From: Octopus vulgaris
Taxonomy: Eukaryota
Assembly (NCBI GenBank): GCA_951406725.2
Contig: OX597826.1
Location: 4,836,001 to 4,900,000 of the forward strand
Length of the DNA: 64,000 nt
Direction: 5' to 3'
The position numbers and the translations under genes are program-made. The first letter of the stretch is position 1, and every line of letters begins with the position of its first letter. The notes under the pieces were generated by a model. The model did no database searches. It was given only the letters and a program-made list of their open reading frames with translations, and was not told the origin of the DNA. Shown piece by piece: positions 12,412-26,873 of this stretch.

Positions 12412-12784
12412 TACTTGCTTCAGTCATTAGACTACGGCCATACTGGAACACTGTCTTCGGGTGTTTAGTCAAACAATTTGAACACAGGGTTTATTTTTTA
12501 AAATCTGATACTTAGTTTAACGGTCTTTTATACTGAACTGCTATTTGCGAAGAGGTAAAGAAACCAAAATCAGTTGCCAAGCATTAGAAGGAGGGGTAGG
12601 CACCGAAGGACACATGCGACGTGCTTCTACAATGTCTCCTTCAACCAAATTCAAATTCATTCACAGGTCATTGGTCAGTCCGGAAATATAGTAGACTTCA
12701 TTTGCCCAATATGCGGCGCAGTGGGACTGAACCTGAAACCACGTCGTAGTAAGTCGCCATAGCGCTTCGCAACCAAACACATGT

Positions 12785-12790
<6 letters not shown>
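12412..12790 (-). mobile_element. SINE family A-related, old diverged copy
   Basis: TACTTGCTTCAGTCATTAGACT...GGCCATACTGGAACAC tail and GCAGTGGGACTGAACC head, both reverse-complemented. Confidence 0.7.
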
Positions 12791-12840
<50 letters not shown>

Positions 12841-12842
<2 letters not shown>

Positions 12843-13207
12843 TTTTATTCTTTTACTTGATTCAGTCATTTGACTGCAGCCATGTTGGAGCACTGCCTTT
12901 TAGTCCAAGAAATATATCCCTAAACTTATTCTTTGTAAGCCCGGTACTTATTCTATCGGCCTTTCTGCTGATCCGCTAAGTTACGGGGACGTAAACACAC
13001 CAACATCTGTTGTCCAGCGATGGGGGGACAAACACAGACACAAACACATAAATATATATATATACATATATATGACGGGCTTCTTTCAGTTTTCGTCTAC
13101 CAAATCTTCTCACAAGGCTTTGGTCGGCACGTGGCTATGGTAGACGACACTTGCCCAATGTGCCAGGCAGTAAGGCTGAACCCGGAACCGTGTGGTTGGG
13201 AAGCAAG
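12841..13207 (-). mobile_element. SINE family A
   Basis: Tail-to-head reverse complement, slightly 5'-truncated. Confidence 0.85.
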
Positions 13208-13759
13208 AGACAGAGAGAGACAATTAATGTGGTGACATATCATATAATTACATATATAGTCAAAAGGAAGTTATCAAAGAAAACAATATATAAACGTACA
13301 CAGAAATTATCTTCTTCATAGAGGCTCATATATTCACCATAAACGCACATAGAAATATACCAAACACACAGACATACTCATTTCCTGCCTCACACGTACC
13401 TACGTTTTTATTCTCTCACACTTACTCTAAAACGAAAAGCAGAATTACAATTACACTTCAGATAGACACATGTTCAGAAGCACACTAAGAAAATCTGTAC
13501 ATCTGGGTGGAGCTCACATGAGTGGATATTCAAAGAGCATAATAGTATAGAGGAATAAGAGATAGGGTGGGGAATGTCATATTTAGAATATTACAGCATA
13601 ACAGCGTGTACCTAGTAGCGGGGGTTTGTGCCATCTACTCTCTACGACTGACATTTGCGAAACTTTTTGAACATTCTTAATAGGGTTGTTTCTTAGATAA
13701 CTGACAACATGTGTTCTTGGAAACTAACGCATAATAGTAGCACAGCTGTAAAGAGGGGA

Positions 13760-14220
13760 CGTTTCATCATTTATGTGGTCGGTCGTTTTGCTAGAAATAG
13801 GAAGCATATATCCTTGAGATCAACTTCCATTATTTTAATAATTGGTGTAGGCTACATAACCTAACGTAGTCCTAGAAATCGCCTTCAATACGAATGGTGG
13901 TCATAGATGAGATTTATATCAATCATAGATATGCTCAATTGTGGTTGACTTTAGGTTAACAAAGAGAAGAACAAGGGCTATAGCAACAGAATAACTTAAA
14001 TATCAACAACAGCGGAATGAACGGCAAGATGCCGATGGGCCGCTTGTGGGCAGTCGCCAATTCTGGAGGGAAATTTCCCTCCAATCACTCACTATAGATT
14101 TATACAATGTGAAAGATATATTAGATAACTTAATTCCAGACATGCTTCTTTGTATATGAGAGGGTCACGGCTAGAATGCCTTTATTCATAGGCCTACCCT
14201 GTCTAAGTAGACCTATGAAT
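13760..14220 (-). repeat. Old dispersed repeat family (two degraded copies)
   Basis: Motifs GCTAGAAATAG and ATGGTCA-like/AGACCTATGA recur in degraded form at about 15633, 25070, 28740, 31600-31720 and 43220-43680. Confidence 0.4.
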
Positions 14221-14464
14221 GATTCCGTTGATAGGTAGACCTATGATTATTTTGTTAATAATAACAGCAATAATAATAATAATATCACAAGTCACAGTGG
14301 TCTAGCAAAAGCCATAGGCAACAGACTCGATAGCCGAAGCAATCCGATAAAAACTAATTAAAATAAAGAACAAAAACAAAGCAATATTAAAAACACATAT
14401 GCATGCAGGCGTTATAACATATCTTTGAGTGAAGGCGTAACGTAAATATACTTAAAACATCCAT

Positions 14465-14526
<62 letters not shown>

Positions 14527-16172
14527 GTTTGTGTATAAGAATGTATGTGTGGAGAGTAGTTCCTAGCAAATGTGTTAATAATTTTTGAAGTATACAAGAA
14601 TAAATATATAACAGAATTCAAAGAGTGTTCGTGACTTTAGAAATATTCCTTTAATGTTTCTCATTCCCACCATCTCACTTTATCACCTCCACTATAGCAT
14701 ACTTATCCTCTCACCCCTTCGTACTCATTTTATCTCTTTCTCTTCTCCTTATATGTACACGTGTGTGTGTGTGTGTCTCTCTTTGGTAATGTATCTACAT
14801 TATAAGTCACATATTTTCTCACATCAAACACGTATCTTTGTCAACATATATGCATACAAATGTATCTTTAAAGAAAAACACACATATATGTGCATGTCTA
14901 TGTGTGTGTGTGTGGGTGTGTATAGTCATTGCATACACATTGTGTGTATATACATTGCATACACGTATGTATAATTATGCTCTTCCCAATCAGATTCACA
15001 GCTATATTCCACGTACGTACATCTATCACAACGGTTTCAAAGTGTAAATAATGTGGTTTTAATAAAATAAAAATTTTGTTCTTCATGTGTTTGGAACCTC
15101 TGAGTATCTTTATGAAAAATTACAAATGAATTGATGCAGAGAAGTTATGAACACATATATACACGAATCTCTGTGTATGTGTATGTGTGTGTGTGTGTGT
15201 TGTTTACGATTTTGAGAAAATGAGAACTACATGACGTAGAATAGAATTATATACGAGTGCACACACATACACACACACACACGCGCGCGCGCGCATACAC
15301 ACACATACTCTCGCACATACATATTCAGCTGTTATTAGCAGTTACTTTACGAGTTATGGCGTTTAATCAATCAGACGGCAAGTTCCGTCTGACAGATCGA
15401 TCTATGACGAAAGACAAAGTAACGGCAAACGGTATAAACCGCCATAGGTACGTGTGTGTGTGTGTGTATGTATGTGTGTATGTGATAGTGTAATTCCCTT
15501 CTGAATTAGTGGCCCAAAATTAAACGCATTTCAGTAACAACCATCCCAAATTTTATGCTGGTACTTTGTACCATGTAATACACCATCCGATATCTCAATA
15601 TTTAAAACGACAAGGAGTAAATTTAAGAAAACTTGGCTGCTGCTTCTAGTAAGATGTGTAATCACAATTAGATTCTCTCTTTAACTAATACTGTGTATAG
15701 ATGGCCATGACGGAAACATTACTATAACGAGTTAATATGATGTTCAGATATATAAGCGTTAAACTTTTTCCCCTATTTTCAATCTCCTTCTATACAATAT
15801 ATATGTATTATCTAACGTAACGGCAATGAATTATAGTGCTTCAATCTCACTTTATGTCTAACTATATGGCACTCTCCATCCCTTTATCTCTTCTGACTCA
15901 ATCTATATCTACTTTAGACATTTTTCTGTACATAATGGACTTCGTCTTGACACTTGGTTCGTCGTTGTAAGACATATTAACTTTGTGCGTTTCTCTCTCT
16001 AGAACCACGCGCGCGATACGTCTTTTTATATGTACACACATAAATGTATATGCATGTGTGAATATATATTGCTAAATGTTTATACATACATACAGACATA
16101 CATACATATATACAATACATACATAAACACATACATACAGACATACACTCATTCATAGCCACATATACTCAC

Positions 16173-16219
<47 letters not shown>

Positions 16220-16383
16220 TAACATTTCACCTGAAAACTCCAATTCCTTCAATAAGACCGTTCATAATTTCTTTTACAGGAACACGATATACTCAGTATG
16301 ATTAAGTAGAAGTATGCCTTCCTATGTGTGTGTTTATGTGTGTATGAAAATGTGTGTGTGGTGTGTGTAATATGAATGGATGA

Positions 16384-16461
<78 letters not shown>

Positions 16462-17353
16462 CTGTGTATGTGCGTGTGTATGTTCTGGTGTATACATGTA
16501 TCTCCGTTCGTCCACCCACACAGAAATGAACTGTATCTATCGCTGTTAGATTTACGCTCAACAGGTTGTGTATTTAACATCTATATATGCCAATATGCTT
16601 TGGAAGCTACGCTAATAATATATTTAAACGACTATATTTCTCATAGGCGTCTCCAAGAATCCAAAAGCAGATATACGTGGTTAGCAATAAAACTTCATAT
16701 TTGTAAGCCAAGTAAATTATTAATATTAAAACAATGACAGCACCAAATGCATTTATTTCGTACACAAAAGGCTGGATTTCCACATATACACGTTCATACG
16801 CGTGTTTGTTCGTACGAGTGTTTGTGTGTGTGAGGAGTGCGTATTTTATAAAATGCATTAGCTTTTATAGAGAACAATACGAACAAATAGCTACCACAGT
16901 GTCTGCAACAGCACTACCGTGTAGAACATGGCCGTAATAAATAATGATAATATCTTTTTTATTTTCTGCAGACATATATTATTCCAATAAATTGACACTT
17001 GTTCTACTTAAGACAAAATACATGCCAGTGTGAGCATGTATGTGTCTGTGTTTTGTGTATGCATATTCATATAATTATATATATATATATATGCTTGCAT
17101 GTGTGTATTATTCACATATACATACAAATATTAATGCATTTTGGATCAAAAATTTTTTGTTCAGCTTATATACGAATTAATGTATATGTATAACTGCCTG
17201 TGTATGTCTGTTTTTATTGATCAACACACGTGTTTTAGCTTGATTTTTGATCGTAATACACTTTTATTCGTGTTTGACATTACTTCATTACAGATATCTA
17301 TTTCAAACATATTCAAGCACCATATTTGCATTTATAAGCCACCAACTCTTCCA

Positions 17354-17395
<42 letters not shown>

Positions 17396-17719
17396 ATTAT
17401 GCATATTCTCTGCATTTAATACAAGATTAAACTTCAGAAATCGCAATTTTTGCTTCGTGCTGCAGTAATAATGTTATTTTAATATAGTCTAAAAGAATTG
17501 ATAATCTTGTACTTAATAAAAAAGAATACGATTCTAAGATATTGAAATCTCCAATCAAGTTCAAGTAACATTAATTCACGAAGCCTTATTCTATATGTTG
17601 TACGCTAATAATCCAGAATATATCTAGCAATATTCCAGAATACATATATATTTATGAACTATATTCTGGTGAACGTCGGATTACAATAGCATCATTGTAA
17701 TGTTGTGTATGTACATATA

Positions 17720-17813
<94 letters not shown>

Positions 17814-17816
17814 CGT

Positions 17817-17865
<49 letters not shown>

Positions 17866-18340
17866 CATGCATGTATACATTTCAGTACATATCACATGCT
17901 CTAAAAACCGTCATCTCATTGCGTTCTATGTGTACGAGTGATCCTCATCAAATTGGTATAATACACATATCGATAAAATTACTGCAGAATTTTCCCTTTC
18001 TTTCTTTTAGCAGTTATGTGTGAATCGAAGTGATCCGGAACATATGTGCCAATAGTCCGGCATCTTACCTATTTCGTTATTCGGTTATATGTCAATTATC
18101 TCTCTGAGCACAACATCTGTGCTGATTTTCCAAACACCTTGAAAAAGCTTTCTCTCTCTTCTTGCCTCATGCTCTATGTCCAAATCCAATTTATTCCTCT
18201 TCTGCGCAGCTACGTGAGATTTCTTATAAGATATTATATAAAATATACACAAAGAGTAAAGACAAGAGAATAAAATACAACCAATATATTGGCTTTCTTG
18301 TGTTCTTACAAGCAAACTCATTCACATACACACTAGCATG

Positions 18341-18383
<43 letters not shown>

Positions 18384-18499
18384 ACAGGAACACATATGCA
18401 CATATGCTTGTATGCACATGTATGTTTATGCATATATGCGTGAGTGTATGAGTGTAAATATAAAAGTATATACACGCACACTTACATATATATGTATAC

Positions 18500-18530
<31 letters not shown>

Positions 18531-18546
18531 TATAATATATATATGC

Positions 18547-18579
<33 letters not shown>

Positions 18580-19042
18580 CATATACACACATACATATAC
18601 ACACACATACACACGCACACACAAACATACATATACTTTCACACATATCGTATATATCCTCACATACTTATGGTTTGTAGGAAAAAAATATTTCCACAAA
18701 TGCTGATCAATATATATCAATTGGAAAAGGAATTTTTGTCTTTATTATTTCTTGGATCGTTCAAATATGTAAAAAAGAAAAGATAAAAAAAAATTCAAAA
18801 AATACATCCGTTGATTGCAATTTTTTTATATTTATGTATTTTTGATTTCTATTATGTTTTTCTTATTACTTTGGTCGAATTGTTTTCACATATCATGAAG
18901 TTATTGTATGTTGTTGGTAATTTTTCTTATTGGCGGATCCCCCACACCCCCCAAATCGATAAAATAACGTATCAATCATAGAACAGTAGTTCATGCTACT
19001 GACTGATCCCTTTCACGAAAATTTTAACCCTTGTATAACTAT

Positions 19043-19183
19043 TAGCTTGCTTACCAACCACACGGTCCTGGGTTCAGTCCCACTGCGTGGAACCTTGGGC
19101 AAGTGTCTTGTACTGTAGTCTCGATCAGGTCGAACAAAGCTTTGTGAGTGGATTTGGTAGAAGGAAACTGAAAGAAGCCTATC
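19043..19183 (+). mobile_element. SINE family A head fragment
   Basis: TAGCTTGCTTACCAACCAC...GGTTCAGTCCCACTGCGTGG...GGAAACTGAAAGAAGCC. Confidence 0.85.
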
Positions 19184-19850
19184 ATTCATATCACACCCAG
19201 ATTAGTCTCTACCATTTCTTCCCCACCCCCGGGTCGATAAAATGAAGTATCCTTCAGCTAATTATTTATCGACTAAGCTTCTTCCCAAAGTTTTAGAACT
19301 TGAGTTGGTCTTTGACAGAATTCATATTACTTAAGCTAGCAGAATCGTCATTTACTACGATTTCCACGATCTAGTTTCAAATCTCACCTGCACCGACTTT
19401 GTCGTTCTTCAATGCCAAGTCAACAATATAAGATACCATGCAAATATTTGGCATTTCCCAAACGCTAGAATATGATTTTGAGAGATTCTGCTGTGATGTC
19501 GTTCAACCTGAACGATCACATTCAATTAATCATTGGCTCCTGTATCTATATATTTGTATGTTTTTGCTCAGATCAAGTTTGTCGAAGGACACATACGAAC
19601 GACGGTATTCCGACTGTGACCATCAAAGATTTATTCTTAAAGATGTATTTAAAACTACAACACCGTGCCCTGTATTGCTTGATATGAGATGATTATTAAA
19701 TGCAGAAAAGTCGGCCTTTGCAGCAGATGTCTGTTTCGTGGATTTCATAACCTAAGCTAACTGTATCAGTATGTTTGTGTTCGATACTCCGCTTCAACAA
19801 TGATGATTTAATATTGACTGTTGTTCCACTGCTGTTACTGCAGTGTCACC

Positions 19851-19906
<56 letters not shown>

Positions 19907-20302
19907 CAGCAGTAGTAGTAAAATTCTTATGAGTTTATAGGATTGACTGTCAAATTGGCTTCTGGAAATTAGTTACAATGCTTTTTCATTGTCCATTCCC
20001 TTACAATCCACCCGGAATCAACTGTTGAATTTTGATATCGTGAAAATGCATAGCCTTCATAGAATAGGTTTCAAGACGTAAGGATATTCTAGTATGTTCT
20101 ATGGAATAACAGCTATTTAGTATACCCCATTATCTAAATCCACACTCGCAGATTGATAAATGCTGTGCACGAAACTGTCGACCTTAGAGACAGGTTGTAA
20201 CTTTCATCTCATTATATACATGCATTCATACATACATACATACATACATACATACATGCATACGTATGTGTATATATACATGTATATATACGCCCACACA
20301 TA

Positions 20303-20357
<55 letters not shown>

Positions 20358-20435
20358 CATATATGTATATATATATATACATATACATATACATATATGT
20401 ATATATATATATATACATTACATATACATATATGT

Positions 20436-20512
<77 letters not shown>

Positions 20513-20602
20513 ATATGTAGTTATATATTTTTCCATGTAGGTTTGCATCCGTCAATTTCTCTTTCTGATTCTCACTGCTTTCGCACTCTCTTTCTCTCTC
20601 TT

Positions 20603-20646
<44 letters not shown>

Positions 20647-20823
20647 CCTTTCTCTTTCTTTATTTATCGACACAGACATACTCCCACATATTGTTTCCTT
20701 CAACCTCTTTACTGTGTATATATCTCTTTATATATTTCTATATCTCTCCCTGTCAATCCCACTCTAATAACGCGCTGTTCAGCTCATCTAATGTGTCTGT
20801 TTTATTTTCGTATTTCTTTTCAG

Positions 20824-20965
20824 CTGCCGGTTGCAAGTTCCCTGTTGACTGGCAAGGAGTTTGGTACATTAATGGCAGAGGCGAAATACGGATTGGCGCC
20901 ACGAATATTAGCTACTTGGGAGAGTGTATTCAGGAAAAAGAATATAAATATAAACTGCACGACAA
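20824..20965 (+). CDS. Internal coding exon of a secreted/membrane Cys-containing protein (DUF7044-like N-terminal module)
   Basis: Strong acceptor ttttcgtatttcttttcAG (AG 20822-23) and consensus donor AA|GTAAGT (20966). Phase 1 in, phase 2 out. Encodes AGCKFPVDWQGVWYINGRGEIRIGATNISYLGECIQEKEYKYKLHD(K), matching the C-x-F-P-x-x-W-x-G-x-W...G-x-C pattern recalled for invertebrate DUF7044/DUF7042/DUF7043 proteins; NIS sequon. The family call is from memory. Confidence 0.8.
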
Positions 20966-21258
20966 GTAAGTACTTTCATGAAATAATAAATACAAAAACA
21001 TTAGTACAGATCTGCATGAGCGTGTGTATATATATCCATGTGTGGGCATTTGTGCCGATGTATACACACACACACATATATATATATGTGTGTGTGTGTG
21101 TGTGTATGTGTCTGTGAGTGTGTGCATGTATACTTAAATATATATATATATGTACGCTTTAATTTCTGTATGTGTGAATATATGTGTGTGTATATAAATA
21201 TGTTATATATATATATATATACACATGTATATATATATATACATGCATACATATAGAA

Positions 21259-21294
<36 letters not shown>

Positions 21295-21392
21295 GTATAT
21301 ATATATATGCATATACATATAGATATATGTTATATATATATACATATATACACATATATATATACACATGTATAGATATATGAATATATATG

Positions 21393-21429
<37 letters not shown>

Positions 21430-21430
21430 G

Positions 21431-21482
<52 letters not shown>

Positions 21483-21534
21483 ATATATATATATACATGT
21501 ATATATATATATATATACATGTATATATATATAT

Positions 21535-21579
<45 letters not shown>

Positions 21580-22335
21580 TCTGTAGATAGATAGATTTGT
21601 AGATAGATGTTATGGAAAAGAGAGGGAAAAAAGTTTGACAGAGATTACATGTACTGAATTCTCGCAGGGGTCAGATGACGGATATCGTGGACATTCGATG
21701 CTGAGTGATTAGATAGAATGTGATGTAATGGACTTCAATCGTTCTCATACATTTCCACTGACAAAATGGCGATAATCAAATTCCATCTTGTTTAAGCCAC
21801 TTCTGCTGCGTTTTTTTTTCTTCTTCCCGCAATGCTCTTCCTTTCTTTTTTTTTATTTTCTCTCCCTTCCTCTCTGTGTTATATTGGATATCAAACAGAA
21901 AATGAAAATACGAAAAATATTACATGCCCTTTTTGTTTTATCTCAATCTGCTTCCAAATACAGAGTTACTCGCCAACCTCTTCCACTCTTCTATTTACGA
22001 AAATGATAAGTAATTGAAACACGGAGAGTGTAACACTCTAAGCTTATCTGTACGTTCAGACTAAGGCACACATACTAAATGCTTGTGTGTGTGTTGTGTG
22101 TGTGTTGTGCGTGTGATGGATTCATGTATATTCGTATATGACGCTTTTGGACGGAAATACTGAAGTATGTTACTTTCTGTTTCATGATATATTTAGATAA
22201 GGATGGGAAAGAACTGTGGACAAATGAACAGGTGATCTTGCATCTTATACTTTCCTTCTCAGAATTTTCACAGAAATTATTTAATACGAATATCCCTGCA
22301 ATTATTTAGAGATATTGGTAGAGATACACATGCAC

Positions 22336-22387
<52 letters not shown>

Positions 22388-23506
22388 ATGTGTGTGTGTG
22401 TGTGTGTGTAAACAATTTATGGCACTACACATAAATATTGGATAGTGTATTTCGATACATAGAGAGTAGAGAATAAAGATAAATCAAGATAATGGGTCTC
22501 TTTCATTTTCTCTCATTCTCTTTCTATCTCTAACTCTTTACACACACACACACAAATACACATGCATATGAATATATATTGTGTCTATCTGTGTGAATGT
22601 ATTGCATGTATGTATATTTACGTACGTATGTTTTGTCTGTATACATATTTGTATGTGTTATTGTGCTTGCGTGCGTGGCGTGTATAAAAATGAAACGAAA
22701 TCCTATCGATGTTTTCCTAATGGATAAATTAAAACGAAAGCAATTCGATTAAAGCAGGAACCAAGCTTGATCAATTCTATTTATACAGTTCAGTTAGTTG
22801 CAATAATTTCTGCATGTGATGGAAGAGAGAGAGAGAGACACACAAAAAAATATTTTTGAAAAAAATTCAATTCTCAAATAATATCTCGTACTATTTTATA
22901 TGCATGAACGATTGCTATCTTTGTAATAGTATTTCCAATAATGAATGCATCATAATCTATAAAGAAATAAAGAGATTTAAAAACAACATCCATCACAACG
23001 CATGCACCCACACAAATATCGTACACATTTACACGCTTAGATGCCTATACAAAGGCATATGCGTATACATACAATTATTTTGGCAATTAGGCATGAAATT
23101 TTAGTATTACATTGTTGATAATAGAACCAAAAAATGAAAAAAAAAATAAAGAAAACATGCTTCGGTTGATGTCTGTTTTTCCCTGTTTGTTAATGTAGTC
23201 GATGTAACGGTGATCTAAATGATGTAGCTATCTCGATTTTAATATCTATCGCATGAGGAGTGAAAAAAAAAATAATAGTGATGATTTCCAAATTTCCAAA
23301 TTAGAAACGAGGCCAAAGCTGTGGCTTGTATACGGCGACGGGGTTGAACAGTCGATGAAATTCACCTTAATACCCGACTAGCTTTTCAATATATATAGAA
23401 GCCGGAAGCATGAAATGTAACGGAGAATTTTGTGGCTAAATACTGCCAAATCATTTTTTCCTGGAAATTTCACACTCTGATAATAATAATAATAATAATA
23501 ATAATA

Positions 23507-23555
<49 letters not shown>

Positions 23556-23699
23556 TATTGATAATAAGCAACAGATAAGCGTCTAGAACAATGTAGTGAG
23601 AAATAATTGAACAGAAGGATGTATTTCCTGTAGAGCGGATAAGGGGGTAAGTTGAAGTCGAATGTTATATTTAAGCAGATACTTGTTAACAAAATGCTG

Positions 23700-23950
23700 C
23701 TGGATGATGCATGGATTAATTACAAAACCAGATTTGATTCTAGTGTCATTTACTTGGTTTATGAAAAGGAAGTCCTTACGGTCACCTTAAATACAGTATT
23801 TGTTCCAACTGCTTAATTTTCAAAATTCTAATCTGAAATTTCAAGAACACAGTAATCTTCTATTTATTTCAACCGCTGCTCTTTAGACTTAAGTTGGCTA
23901 ATAGTTTGGCATCTCACAAATAGAAGTGATAAACGGTGTCACTCATCGTC
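23700..23950 (+). pseudogene. Highly decayed CR1/L2-like reverse transcriptase fragment
   Basis: VIYLVYEK (cf. VIYLDFSKAF) and WLIVWHLTNR..VINGV (cf. WI.SFLT.R.Q.V.ING). Confidence 0.3.
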
Positions 23951-24542
23951 TCTTTTCCAAGAATGACTTAAAATTGTGCACAGTATATATTTCCCGGATT
24001 CAGGATATTTACAACTAAGGAGTGCAAATATATGGAGCATGAAATAAAGATGCTTGACAAATGGGACACACATGATTTTGAAATTCTAAGGAGAGAAATA
24101 ATTCCAGGAGATGGATAATTCTGGTTTCAAGAAATATTTGGATTTATATATAGCAAAAAAACAAACAAAAAAAAACAGTTTCTTTGAGTGAAAATTATGC
24201 AAATGAGAAAGGAGAATAAAAGTAATTGGAAAACATCTGAAATCTCTAGCAAGAATGCCACGTGTCTTTAAATCGTTTGCAGAGCTTCAATAAAATATGG
24301 CTCCTGTACTTTTCAAAGCATGACTGTTGAAGATAATATCCATACCAAGGGAAGCGTATCATTTTCTCTTCCATAGCTCATATTTTGTATGTCAAATCTG
24401 GAAGCATCAATGTGATACAAACCAACATATTACACCTGAAATTCTTGGTCATTGTCTCACACAGTTCGTTGTACTATATCTTCTTTTTTTTTTCGGTAGT
24501 TTCAGCTCAGAGCTGCGGCCGTGCTGATGCACCGCCATTTTG

Positions 24543-24884
24543 CTACACTGTTATTACTGAGAGCCTCCTCCAATATGTGGCACTTGGTGAAGAATGGAGT
24601 TTTGATGTAGCTACCCTCATTTGCACCTTTTGCCGTGAGATAGGTTCATCTGGGACTTTCGACAGGAAGAGGTTCAGCTTTGATTTAAAAACGCCTACAT
24701 CTACTTTGTGCAAGTTCCTCAGGCTCTTTGGGAGAATATTAACAAGCTGTGGGCCTCTGAAACCCAGGCTGTTGCAGTAGCTAGTCCTGAAGCGTGATGA
24801 CGTTGCTGGGATCTTTGGCACTATGCAGTGCCGTCCTCTTCTGGCATTGGTGTAGCTTTCAATGCCAAAATTTGGCACAATTCC
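24543..24884 (-). mobile_element. 3' end of a CR1/L2-group LINE ORF2 (5'-truncated)
   Basis: ORF 24543-24878 contains NSLGFRGPQLVNILPKSLRNL..VDVGVFKSKLNLFLSKVPDEP, the typical C-terminal motif (xxNxLP...FKxxLDxFL) of CR1/L2/Jockey-group ORF2. Confidence 0.8.
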
Positions 24885-25541
24885 TATATTTAAATAAAAT
24901 TATATTGAAGTATATAGAATTTGTATGTTACGTAGTAAAGTTAATCTTTAGATAACTATCTTGCTTCGCTTTAGATCAGTCCCCAAATTTTTATATTGTT
25001 TATCGTTTATATTAACGTATGTGATATTACATTTTTTCCAAGACGGTAATTTGTAATATCAAGGAGCATTGGTTGCGATTTATAGTAGGTCGACTATAAA
25101 GCCCAGTCAATTAGAGGATTATTTACCCCCCAGGATTGCAGTGCAGTTTGGTATATCACTGATTCAGCATTGTCTAAATATAATCGACTAAGATTCCTTG
25201 AAGCTGAGCCTTCTATGGCTGCTGAGTAATCACTGAGACCAATAATGAATTAAAAGATTATATATATATGTGAGTGTATGTGTATGTGCGTGTGTGTGTG
25301 TGCGTGCGTTTGCGTGTGTGTGTGCCTATGTGTGTGTGGAAGGTGTATACAGAGACGTATATGTATCTATATATTGTTGTCTCGTTAGATATAATTTTCA
25401 ATGATAAGTGGAGTTGCCTTTGTGTGCATTTGCTATGCTAGATATCGCCTGGGGACAACTTTAGCATGTTTTCGTATTACCCGATAATTGACTGAAATGG
25501 AAGCTCCTCCAAATACTAAATTCCTATGCACATTCACAAAC

Positions 25542-25607
<66 letters not shown>

Positions 25608-26004
25608 GTGTGTTTGTGCGTGTGTGTATTTATATATTTGTATAGACACATACATATATTTATATACATATGTGTATGTTTGTACGTATGTATGTATCTG
25701 TACTAAGTATGCTCGTAAGCATTATTATCGGTACAGCACTGCTATAAACAATATCAATGGGACCTGAATAATAAAAATGAAGTAAATATTTAACAGAGTG
25801 TACAGTATTTCAGGCTCACGGCATTCCCTTACTCATAGTCTCATATCTTCATGTCTTTGGATACTTCTTGTTTGGGTCTGGATGCTGGAGCCTTCAATGT
25901 TTATGGTTCGCACTATTTTTCACTTCCCGTGCGCTGGCTTACGAATCAGATTTTCGAATACCTTCATATTATCTGGCATGATAACTCTGTTGAATTTGTA
26001 AAGA

Positions 26005-26330
26005 GTGAGCTTACTTTTCGTGGTGGCATTTAGAAATTAGTTCAGATTTTATATATATATATCAGTGAAGATTAGGGATATTTCTTCGCTACAGAGATCA
26101 AAGAAATTTACCCTGAGCCTCTATTTATTTGGTGAATAGACCACACAGTGTCAAAGTTGTCCATTTGAATTATCGGATACCATTTCAAGTTCCATAATGT
26201 TTTGCTGCTACTTTAGTCTCAATATATGAAGTTCAATTTATAGTTTATGCCCCCAGCTCTTGAGGATTTCCTCGCTCATTCCAATATATGATCTGGTGGG
26301 GATGTATTTCACCTGGGATTGGAACGCAGC
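26005..26330 (-). pseudogene. Penelope-like element (PLE) GIY-YIG endonuclease remnant
   Basis: Minus strand, with frameshifts and in the expected order: RSYIGMSE, NYKLNF, WNLK, FKWTTL, FDLCSEEISLI, KSELISKCHHEK. This follows the PLE consensus YIG...NH..SF...WxLK...KWxIL...CxLCxxEK...RSELxSKCRH. Confidence 0.75.
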
Positions 26331-26458
26331 TTAATTCATTGGTGATTCAGATTGCATAAATTCTCCAAGAGAATAACTCGATTATGATCGAGTAAGAAAC
26401 CTTGAAAGCTGTACCTCACCACAGCCGCAGTCTGAAGGCAACAAAGGATTAAAAGATG

Positions 26459-26511
<53 letters not shown>

Positions 26512-26825
26512 CGTGTGTGTGTTTACACATTTATACACGCGTGCATGCATTGATAAATATAAATACGTGTGTCCGTGTATGTGTTTTTGTATATGCGCAC
26601 ATGTATAGAATATGTATAAAATACAATATATAATACAAGTATACTGAATACGAAAGAAATCCATCTTGCATGTACACGTGTGTGAAAATAAGACAATAAA
26701 TATTTATAAACTACTTTATTACTCTGTGTATGGAGGGGAGTTTGGTGGGGGTTAAAAGAAAAGGAAAGACAGAAGGCAAAAAATATAATACTGGAAAGAA
26801 AAGCATGATTGAATGAACGAAAGGT

Positions 26826-26873
<48 letters not shown>

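Noticed and set aside
16280-16295. 16-nt microexon (tttcttttacAG...CA|GTATGA)
   Set aside because: Splice-like motifs of this strength are common in AT-rich introns; no independent support.
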